Assembly (NCBI GenBank): GCA_030248215.1
Contig: JASANG010000440.1
Span: 372,001-436,000 of the forward strand
From: Enoplolaimus lenunculus
Lineage: Eukaryota
Direction: 5' to 3'
Length of the DNA stretch: 64,000 bases
Shown: in pieces, positions 48,701-60,700 of the stretch
Position numbering within the stretch: the first letter of the stretch is position 1
Layout of the letters: every line of letters starts with the position of its first letter
Notes under the pieces: model-generated
Told to the model about the DNA's origin: nothing
The model's database searches: none
Seen by the model: only the letters and a program-made list of their open reading frames with translations
Translations under genes and position numbers: made by a program

Positions 48701-51700
48701 AGTGGATGATCACTGTTTATAACAAGAGTGTGCAACTGGGTAACTTCTGTGTATTAAAGAATGTATCCGGCACGCGTTGCGTTTTTCCCTTACCCCCCTC
48801 ATTTGGGGGGAGGGTGTTGAAACCTTGAACGCAGGCAAATACTGTTGCGATACACAGTGCAAACCTTGCCGGATTATGTTCTTGAATTAAGTTTAGCTGA
48901 GTTTTGTGTGCAGTTGACGCCCCGCAAATAAGGGGGGTATGGGCAAAATGCAACGCGCGGTGGTACTTTTTATGCCACGCGTATGTTGGAAGTTGCACAC
49001 TCTTATTATCGACTCTTGGTATAACCAAGAGTGGATGACGTTCACCTTGCAGAAGAGTGTCCAACTGATGCGATAGTCTATAGTACTAAATGTACCAGCA
49101 CGCGTTGCATTTTTACCCGGTTCAATTGGATGGGATTGTGTTCAGGACCCACTTACCAGGAGCACATAGAAGGTGAAGGGACGAGTGAGATGTATCCGCT
49201 CCCGATATTTCTAGAAAGTCAAGAAAACAAGCAATTTTAATATAAACGGTGTAAATTAATCTTATAAATTCTGAAAATAATTTTTTTCAACCGGGGTTGT
49301 ACTGTTCTGAACAGCATATTTCAACTACGCTTCCGCTGGTTACCCGTTTCGCTTCGGCTGGCAGCGCAGCTTGAGTTTTCGCGAGTCGAGCCAAAGCGGA
49401 ATGACTAACGCCGCCAACGACTGCCATGAGTGTATTGAAATTTTGTAAGCTTCGAAGTTTCTAAAATTAACACCAAAGCCGACAAGCAAGTTTAGGGTTA
49501 ATTCAAATTACACAAACTGTGAGTCGAATTGATGTTTTCAATTCCTGCCTCGATTCGGCTTTGAAAAATAAATCGGCTGCGGTCAAAAATTGTATCAGTG
49601 AAAGAATCCTTCAACTGGTGTTCTGTTCCGGAAATCGAAATGGAAACACAGGTGTTTCAGGTTTGATATACTGGGAGCATAGTGAAATGGTTAAGGCATT
49701 GGACGGGACTGTACCTGTCATGTGGCGCCGTGTCAGTTACCGGTCTGTCATGGTCCGTCACCATACGGTATCGTGCACGAGTAAGTCGCTTACGATACAG
49801 CATGGAGGCTGACGGTGGCAGTCGCCGATGTACCTATGTACGGTGCCGGACGGCAACTTACGATGCTAGAATGCATTTTAAGAAAAATTTTAAAGTCAAT
49901 TTTCACATTAATGCGTGGTTTACTTTAATTTTCATGGAATTTCACACCGGCAATCGACGGTGTCATATATTAATTGAAAAACGGCAACAGTCAAAACCGG
50001 TACAAAATTCGAAAAAATATAGAAAAATAACCAATCAATGCAAGATTCGGCTTTTTATAATATAAAATAACCAATTAGAACAAGATTCGGCTTTCTATAA
50101 TATAGAAAAATAACCAATCAGTACAAGATTCGGCTTTCTATAATATAGAAAAATAACCAATCAGTACAAGATTCGGCTTTCTATAATATAGAAAAATAAC
50201 CAATCAGTACAAGATTCGGCTTTTTATAATATAAAATAACCAATCAAAACAAGATTCGGCTTTCTATAATATAGAAAAATAACCAATCAGTACAAGATTC
50301 GGCTTTCTATAATATAGAAATATAACCAATCAGTACAAGATTCGGCTTTCTATAATATAGAAAAATAACCAATCAGTACAAGATTCGGCTTTCTATAATA
50401 TAGAAAAATAACCAATCAGTACAAGATTTGGCTTTTCGGCTTTTTATAATATAGAAAAATAACCAATCACAGACTATTTCGGCATCAATAGATTTAGATT
50501 CTTCTAGCAAACTCTGTTTTCCTATGCCGGATTCGTTTCAGTATTTGAAAAACACTTACTTTGGCCACATTAATAAATTTGACAATAATTTCAGCGCGTT
50601 CTTTCGATGTACTTTTACTCAACACCATACATTGAACCCATTGCGATACGCTCTGAAATAACACAAAATATACGTAAATATTAAAAATTGTTGAAGGTTT
50701 TCAAAGTCAAAATAGACCGACTGCAGTAGATATTATAATTACGACCAAAACCCAAAGCCTAAATCAATGTAATACATTAACTTTTGCACCACTTGAAACA
50801 CAACTCTACTAATATTCTGTTAATAGACAACAACAGCTCGTGTAAACATCAGTGGCGGAACGTTTTTCTGCGGGACTGCAATAGAGTAAGCTTAAGCTTT
50901 AAACTAATTTTTGCTTAGACTTAGGTTTAGGTATAAGCTCATGCTTACGCTTAGCTTGGACTTAGGAATATACTCATACTAATGTTACAGCCCAGTTCTA
51001 TACATTGGCCACAAAAGACTTAAAAATGAAATTCAACAAAATAATAAAAGTATACTCCAAATACTTTAATTCAGACAACAATTTCAATGATTCTACCAGG
51101 TCCGTAACCAGCTTGATATTTTGGAAAAGAGTAAAACAGTTTTACGAGGGACTTGAAGGGAATTCACTGGGCTCACAACGGGGGGGGGAGCTTGAGCCCC
51201 TCTACCGTCACCCCCTTCTGGGGCCGGCGTGAAATTGCAATATACTAAACACAGCAAACATTTAATAATACTTACGTTAAATATTGCAATACTGCGTTCA
51301 AGCGTAGGTGTATTTGATAAGCTATTTGAACTTGCATACGTTTTATACTCGTCAAACTAAAACGGTAACAAATTCGACTTGAAAATGTAATGCTTTCAGT
51401 GTCATTTTTACAGCTTTTTCTAAAATTTTTAGTGTTTTACTCTAAGGATTATTTAAAATACTTGGTGGCATTTGTATTATTTCTTAAACGCTATTCACAC
51501 GTGCAAGTTTTTGCTGCGAGAACTTGCAGCTGCAAATTGTACGCAGAACTTGCATTTTTTTCGTCAGCCAATGAGAAAGCGGCTGCAATAAATTCAGTGA
51601 ACTTGCGTGGTTATTCGTACACACGAACTAATATTCCTAGTTATGATTTTTAATGAATTATTTGCAGCTGCAAGTTCTCGTAGCAAAAACTTGCACGTGT

Positions 51701-54700
51701 GAATAGGGCTTTAGTTATGAACGTGCGATTGCTAACTGACAGATGCTATAGATATACCATTACTGACTAAAATAAAGAAATAAACAGAAACCGGATGCTT
51801 TCAAACTTCCGGTCCCCAAATTATCTTCAGAAACTCAAGTTATACATGATGATGACGCTTACAATTCGACGAGTAACATCCTATTCAAACCATCTTGTAC
51901 ACGGGTACACCCATATAATCAATATTGATATTTGTATAAAACCGTCGGAACCGGAACTAACATAACCGGATATTCAGACACCGGATGCTATAAGTAAAAT
52001 ATTTTGGACCTAAAATTGTCACCCAGAAATATAAATTAAACTGAACTGGGACATTGAATTTTGAGTTTGATATGTTTGAAGTTAAATTTATATATCTTGA
52101 CTCATTTTTGGATAGCCTGTAATCAACAAAATGACACCTAAAATTACCAAATCCACAAAACCTAAGCCGGATGTCGTAATTTAAATTTCCGGTCGTTTAC
52201 AATCATGTCCGGAAATGTAAACTAACCAAAATACGGCATCGTATTATGCGTTCGATATGTGTTTATGTGCCATATGTCATTTAAATCCCGACAAGATAAC
52301 ATTTAAAATAACCGGATCCAGGACGGGATATCCACAATTGGATGTTATATTTCAAACTTCCGGTCGTAAAATGTCGCTCCCCTTAAAAATATACTCACCG
52401 AAATACGATGTAAAATTTTGTGTTCAATGTGAGTCAAATTGTTCGCAATATCTTCCGGTGTCCACTGATCAAATGACAATGATATTTGTTTGACAACCGG
52501 ATTTCTGACCGACACTATTCGCATCCACGCGTACGAAGGCCTAAAATGACGAAAAAATATACTGTAAACATTTTACAACTGAAATTAAAATTCCAGAGAT
52601 GACTGCAACCACCCCCCCCCACCTACAAAAATGTTTGCTGGCTTTCGGCTGAAAAATTTATCGACAGAATTAAATGGGTTTGGTGTTGTAAAACAATTTG
52701 TTTGAAGCCGACTCTAATTTTGCCAGCAAACCGCTTAGACAATTGTTGGTTGCGGGATTGAACTCAAAATTGTAATTTTCAAACATAATCAGAAATCCGA
52801 ACAAAAATATATATGCAACAGGGTGCGAGAGAATATCCGGCTCCGGCTCCGACAAAAAAATCGACATCCGGTTCCGGTACTTCAACTTGCCGGATATTAT
52901 TTTTAAAAATTTCTTAAAAATTTATACCATCATTTGTGTTTATGAAAAGTACCATTGAACGGATTGACTTACTTTTAAATATTTTTTCTGTCACATATTT
53001 AATGTAAATGTTACCATGTGACCGTGTACGTTAACAATCTTTATTGGGTTAAAATAACGCTGGAAAACCAGATATAGATAACGAGTGTTGTTCTAGAGGC
53101 GTAACAGAATATATCTCAGCATATTTCAATTACTTATTCCTAAGACTAAACCTAAACATCAGCCAAAAATGGCTCTATAACTAAGCCTAAGCAAAAATAA
53201 TAGCTTACAGAGCCAGGAACGGGCGGAGACAGGCCATGAAAAGTCTCGGTTTCGCTCAACTTTTGGTAATCACCAAAAAAATTGAAAATAATTTATTTCT
53301 AATGCTTTTTCGTAGTTTTTTGTGTTTTTTCACAGTTTTTTTGTGTGTTTTCAAAATATCTGCTAATAATTATTGCGTAACTATGAAAGTTCATAGATTC
53401 AAAGCGAAATTTCATTCTTCAGACATTATTTGCTTCAACAATATTAACTTCAACTTTTTACAGGTCTACCAGCATTTCCCCTGAATCCTCGACTTCTAGT
53501 GTCGGTTCAAAACTACTGAGACTCAAGAAACCGAGACCTGTCAAATACTGAGACTTGTCGAGACAGAGACCGAGACTCCCATCGCTGATCTTAGCCACCT
53601 CTGTTTTATAGCACCTACGGAAACCTCGATGCCCTTAAAAGGAACGTAGGCCAAACGAATATTGGAACTGAACGCAACGCTACAAAAACATAGAATCGTA
53701 TAATACGGACGTCATTAAGTGTTAAAAATGCTAAGGCGTAAGATGTTAAACATTGTCACGTGAACACTTTGGGTACCTTAGGCCACGGAAGGAAGAACTG
53801 TAAGATGCATATTTGCTATTTGAATCCAATATAGTATTACATTACAAGTAATCGTCCGGTTCCGGCCGGATATTAGACTATCCGGCTGTAGTTCCGTCAG
53901 TTTGCGGTGTACGGTCGCACACTGATATGCATATATACCCATAACATATGACGGTAAAATATCAAAAGATCGCATGCTTAAAGTTCGATGGCACCAATTT
54001 GAGTCGTAACAAAAATGTAACTTTTGTGCAAGCAGTGACTGCTGAGTTTCTAAATGCTAAATATGTTGTAGCTACGGCACCAATTTAGTCATAGCATCCA
54101 TATGGCCAGCCAACAGGGTGGACCAAGGATGCCAATTGGTACAGCAACCAGTATTTTGTCATTTGATTGAACGGAACACTTTTGCCAAGAAGTGACAAAT
54201 GTTGAAAAAGTGTCAGCGTCTCTCATTCGCTTCGAAGTATGATTTGTTCAGATTTAAAATTTTAACTTAATTTATAATCGTAGTAGTACGTAGTATAGTA
54301 GTAATATTAATAATAAATGGTAATAAAAATAAATAAATAATAATAATAATAATGAATAATAATAATAATTAATGATAAATAATAATAAATGATAATAACA
54401 ACTATAATGATATTTAATAATAATAACAATAATAATTAATAATAAAAATAAAAATAATAAATAATAATGATAGTAATAAAAATATTAATAATAATGCCAA
54501 TAATAACAATAATATTAATAATTCTGTACGCTAGTAACCAATTGGCACAAAACAGTAATAATTCATAACACCCGTCCAGATACGTAGGTACGTAGCTACC
54601 AAAATGTATGTGCACATTTCTAAATCTTGAAACTAAGATGAAATAGAAACTATTCATGCAAGAAACAGCTGTATTCACTTGTTTGTATATATTAATGACC

Positions 54701-57700
54701 AACTATAGGTTGTTGACCACTGAATTAATATCGTACAATCATTTCAAACCCCGTTCGCAAATCATTAATAATGATTCAACGCCCTGTGCAATATATCAAT
54801 TCATATCGGCAAACAGGGACCATCCTGGCCGACCTCAATTCTTGGAGCCACCGTGCATATCAGAGCGATTGAAAATAATTTCATGATAATTCATAATTCC
54901 ATGACACTGTTTTACTTAACGAAACTTATTCACACTAAGCATTAACACAGGCATAATTAAAATTTAGAAGCATAAACCTAAACCTAATCGTAAGCCTAAG
55001 CTAAAGCCTTAACCTTCCAGTCTTCAAGTCTGTGAGACCTTTTCGCCCAGGCAGGCGTTTATAATTAAACGTGGGCGAAAATTTGTCAACGAATTTTGTG
55101 TCGTATCATGATCGCTCGTCTTCTTACAATTTCTCTTTGCCTCGTGTTTAAGTTTAGCTTAAATAAATTAAATTCGCTAAAATTAAATATATTCACCAAA
55201 TTGTTCAGCTAACACCAATCAAACGCTACAGCTATAAGAGAGAACCAACACTACTAAGACCTGGGACAGTATTTTCAAATATGCGTAGAATTATCATCAG
55301 GCGGTGATAGGTCTTGTAACTTTCGAACCAATGAATCAAAAGGTACGAAATGCAACGATTTTTTTGCATTTGATTTGACCTACTTCTGTACCAATTATGT
55401 AATATTGAGCTGTAGAAGTTTGCTTAGTTTGAAAACAAATCGCTAACTGATGATAGGTGAGATATACATTTACAAATATGCGCCCTAAATTTAACACTGA
55501 ACTCAAAATAAACATGGTATATAAAGAATTAAACAGTAGAAAACCCATGACATTCATTCCAAGAAACGGGAATCAAAATCAGTGGCTCGTCCTATTAATT
55601 CTGTGTACAGCTTAGGGCCAGTTTCAACGATAGGTCTTGTAGCTTTCGAACCAGTGAATGTTTGCTCTACTTCTGTACCAATTTTGAGATGGTCAAGCGC
55701 AATAATTACTTCGTCAGTTTGAAAAGTTATCTTTAACTGGAGAAATGCACATTTGAGAATACGGATGGGCACAACAGGTGATCCATAACCAGGACCGAAT
55801 ACGTCTCAAAAAATTGTTTCTTCCTATGTGTCGTCCTGCATGATTAGCTTTTTGACCGCTAAACGGAGTCATGCGTCTCCTGACCCCTCCGGCTGTGGCA
55901 GCCTGTCGTTTTGTTATGCTCTTAAAGTGAATCGCTAATTACTATCAAGAGAGGCATTATTGAAACGTTTTGGCTCTTGTATACTTTCTTTCACAACGCT
56001 TAGGGTTTTCATTGAGGAAGATGATCATCTAAGCCAAAGCATAAGCCAAAGCCAAAGCCTAAGCCTTAGACTAAGCCTAAGCCTATGTTGCATCCGTAGT
56101 AATATGCTGTATTGTCGGTATATTTGAACGGTAAACGTATGTAAAGCTAAAAGATTACTGTAATATATGTGCACATATACCGGTATAAGAAGTTGTTGCA
56201 ATCGACCACATGAAGTAGTGGTAGAATGCTTGGTTCGAGCGCAAGAGGGCCGAGGTTCAATTCCCGGTGTGGTCGTTAACTTTGGACAAATCTTTCAACA
56301 GGCATCGTGCCAACCGTATAGTTCCAACAGGTCTTCATCTCAGAAACCATATCGTAAATAAAGTTTACGATCAACAAATTGTGTCACAAAGTTCATCGGC
56401 CACTGATTGATTCCTGGGTCATTAAAATTGAATTTTTCAAAATTTAAAATTTAAATCTGGCAAAATGCAATTTTCGAAACGAAACCAAACCAAAATTTGA
56501 CTCAAAGTTTAAAACGATTTCACACGAATTTGATCAATATTTTTGCCCAAGTCATGCAACTATAAATACGTCGGTCGTTGCGAAGCCAGATTTGACAAAG
56601 CTGTAAGCGTTTCCTATTCGTAGTGAATACTTAACAACAAATTTAATATCACCTCTTTTCGTACAAGATTTTCACAGGAATTATTCCTAAAAATATATGA
56701 TAATTCTATACAGCAAAATAGCAATTGAAACTGGTTAAAATATATAATTGAAATCGTACAAAACCAATCCAGGAACAAATAATCGGACCTCAAAAACACA
56801 ATGAACCAAACCAAACACTAAAACTACCCATGGATAAACCGGCACACCCCTAATAACAGTGCCGGCCCATGTTAATTCTGTTAATTCTAGGCGCCTGCCT
56901 GCTTGGCCTGAGCCTAAACCTAAGCCAAAACCGAAGCCTAAACCTAAGCCTAAACCTAATGCGTAAACATAAACCTAACGCTAAACCTAATCCTAAGCTT
57001 CCAAATCTCTAAAACTTCACGTGTTTGCCTGTCTATCAATGGGCAGGCCTCTTGCATTAACATGAACCAAAATGGTTGTAGTAATAAAAGCACAATTACG
57101 TCACTACGTATTTAAAGTACTATGGGAAAAACAATGACATTCGAACCAAACCGTGGGAAAAATCAGCAGAAGCCAAATGACGACCAAACTAGAAAATCCC
57201 CGTAAACATTCGAAAAAAGCATGCAATTGAAGGTACGTTGGCCTGTAGCCAAACAATATACGACAATTCATCACCCGACAACTTGTCGCCTATAAAGCGG
57301 TCTAAAAAGTTGAATTATAAATCTAAGCCCAATCAGAAGCGTATTAAGCCTAAGCCTAAGCCTAAGCCAAAGCCTAAATATACTGATAGGCAACGAATTG
57401 TCGAATCGATGAAAATTCAAATTACAAGTTGTCCGGCGACAAATTGGCGGGCGGAATTGTCGTATTACTGTAGGCCAATGAGAGTAAAGGGGCGATCTCC
57501 ATCCGGAAATATGTTTTACCCCCACTTGAAAAATATTTGACCCGAAGTAACTTATGCTAATTCTCGCGTATTTTGCCGCCCCCCCCCCATCCAGAATGTT
57601 GGTCTGACTACAGGAACATGTCACCTAAAACTGAACTTTGAGGAAAACAAAACGATTCAATTAATAATTTCGGGTGAAATAGAAAATTTGATCATTCCCA

Positions 57701-60700
57701 TTTTCAAAAATTGTTCATTTGAAATCGACACCCGGAAGCGGAATGGTATTAACCGGAAGCGGAATGGTTTTAACCGGAAGCGGAATGGCTTTAATCTCCT
57801 GTATTACTTTAGCTGTGGGGACCGGCCTGCCCACCGATAGTCCCATTCCTCCGGAATCGTCGCCAAAGAAACAAAGAAAAAAATACCCGAGTGTAGGATG
57901 GATGCAACTATCGTACGCATGGCGATAACAACCAATGTATAGAAACCGGCCGCAATAGTCGTATAAGCATATTCCTAATCCTAAGCGTACGAATGAGCTC
58001 ATACGTAAACCTAAAGCCTAAAGCATAAACAAAAAATTCTTATTAAGCGAAAGCTTTTATTCTATTGCAGTCTCGCAGAAAAACGTTCCGCTCCTGATCT
58101 TTACATCGGCTGCGACCACAAATCGGCCCAAACTCACTGCGATTGCTGATGACTGCTTTCGCATTGAGATGACGATGATGCATCGACTGAATTTACTGCT
58201 CGTTGCTTGACGAAAGTTAAGCATCGCGATCGGTAGCCGGGCGGAGGGCATCTGTAAGATTTGACCTTTGACTGGTACAAAAGATCGACTTTAGGTTTGC
58301 GACACTGATGTCAGGTTATCTGGACCAAGCAGTGTCGTTAAACCGTTTTGCCTTTTACGCAAAACTACACTTAAACGCTTAAAACCTATAATTCGCCTGG
58401 TATGGTTTTGTTTAAAAAATGGTCAAATTTTGAAAATGGTTTGGCACTTTTGAATTTTTCAAAAATCTCACTGTATTATGCCATTTTCAAAATTTTAAGT
58501 TTTTGTTGTTTTGTGTTTAGTTTTGCATTTTTCAATTTCAGGGCTCAAATGGCGCACTCAGAAGTTATTGAGTCTCGTGTTATTATGTCATATTGAAACT
58601 CAAATTTATATTTTTGATAAAATCAATGTCTTGAAATCAAAAAAATTAATACATCGTTTCACGCAGCTTGAAGAACTGAGTCGAATGGTGTTAAATTAGG
58701 GTCGACTGAACGAACGCGCGGTTCACAAGCAATGACCAGATAATGGTGTTGCTTATCGGGTAGCAGTCAGCGGAATGCGTCAAATCAGTTATTTGATCAT
58801 AACTCGGCAACCGTTTGACCAATCGCCACAAACTTAGCATCATTCAACTCAGCGTTGTGAACTGCGTAGAATGGTGTATATATTTTTGAACTCCTTGTCT
58901 ATTATTTCGATATCCGAGGGATGCCTAAAAACCACAACCAAATCAAGCTAAACAATTTCAAAATCTGACCATTTCTGGGCAAACCCCGACCTTGTATCTA
59001 GGTAACGGAAACACCAATCGGGCCCTATCCTAAGCTTTGTACTAAACCTATGCGTAAACCTAAATCAAACAGACCGCCTTAAACTTAAACCTTGGTCGAC
59101 GACATCAATAGAACCTGAGCCTAAAATTTTATGGTTGTCAGAAACCTCCGCCCTTAACCTAAATCTACCCCGGGTGGTAAGCTTAAATCTGAACCCATGG
59201 CATTAAACTTGAACCACAGTTCAAACCCTAAACCTAAGTATTACTCAACCAAGTATAAGCTTAATCTTAAGATACACAATAAACGAAACGCAAGCCTAAG
59301 CCCTCGCAGAACAATTTTTGGTATTTAACCGAATCAAAAAGAACAGCATAAATGCGTAGTTGAGGTTATAAACGCCCAAATCAGGGATTAACACGAATCA
59401 GTGATTTTAGGCTTTGGACACCAAAAGCAACGTGTGAATTTGATGCAATGAATTGCAAATATGACAGCAGCTAAATTGCCAACAATCAACACCACTGGTG
59501 TGCCAAGAATTTCTTAAAAGAGTCGTTCTTAAGCCAGGTTCGTATACAAGGAAGATAGGCGAGATATTCCCTTAAAACTTACCGAATTCTCTTAAAATTT
59601 ACAGAAAAAACTAGAAAAACCCGATTTTACAGGCAGTAGAGTAACCTAAAAAGACGGTAAAAATGTTCTCATTCGCTATGCTCGTTGCTAAAAATGTTTT
59701 AAACGTGGCTATGCGCAGAGGCGGACCCAAAAATTTCTGACGGGGTGGCGTACGACCCCCGCCCCCCCTATGGATCCGCTAGTGGTTATCCACTGCCGAA
59801 ACGAAGTCCTGGTTACGCCAATGGTTTTTGACATAATTTTAGCCAATCGTTTTCGATATGGTTCAATAAGGCACTGTTTATCAGTTGACCGACAACAAAT
59901 CGTATTGGATGAACCAATGGTTTCTCGGCCCCGTAAATATATGTTCAAACTGCAAAAAATAGTGAGTCAAATTGACTCTCCGAAACAGGCTTTTCCTGGC
60001 TACACAAACTGAGATAAAAACTCGATTCCGCCAGACTCAAATTCGACTTGCGGAGTCGCTCAGTGAGTCGAAATTGACTTGCTGAGTCGCTCACTGAGTC
60101 GAATTTAACTCTGGCGGAGTCAAATTTGACTCAGTTTGTGTTGTACTCTCGAAAGCCTATTTCGTAAAAAGTCAATTTAACTCACCATTTTTTGCAGTGC
60201 ACGATACAACTTGTACAACACATATACCACCTACTCATTCAGTTACAGTAAGACATCAAGGTTTCCCCAGCAAGAAATCTGCAAGCACCAGATGACTGGC
60301 TTTCAGTACCTCGCCAGCGCGAAGAAACATTTCCTACCGGCAGACGGCGTTGAAAACCTCGCCGCATGTAAACTGTTCACCTGTGAAATCAGCGTCTCTG
60401 ACAAACGTGGTAAACACATCTGTCTCGTTTACACTTTTGCAATCATTTCATCAAATTTTAACAAAAATCAAATCTTCAATGGTTAAAAATTGACTTTTTT
60501 TAGCTTTTGTTGTCATTAAACTGTATTCGAAAATCGGCCCATGTTACTTTTAGAGGCGTCTTGGTTTCTGATGGGTCTATAAAAAATTAGGTTTAGATTC
60601 TAGATTACTTTTTTTGCTTAGGCTTAGGTTTAGGAACACATTTTTGCAACGCTTAGGCTTAGGTTTACACTTAGACTGAGGAACTCATTTTTGCAACGCT

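Noticed and set aside
56614..56690. Minus-strand segment [21 protein letters not shown] resembling a REM helix
   Set aside because: The true REM exons are at 63431-62359. This segment runs into a stop and its possible donor is phase-incompatible.
60328..60380. Possible minus-strand exon (acceptor ttcacag at ~60381)
   Set aside because: Its phases are not symmetric with the phase-2 host intron and I found no supported upstream partner exon.
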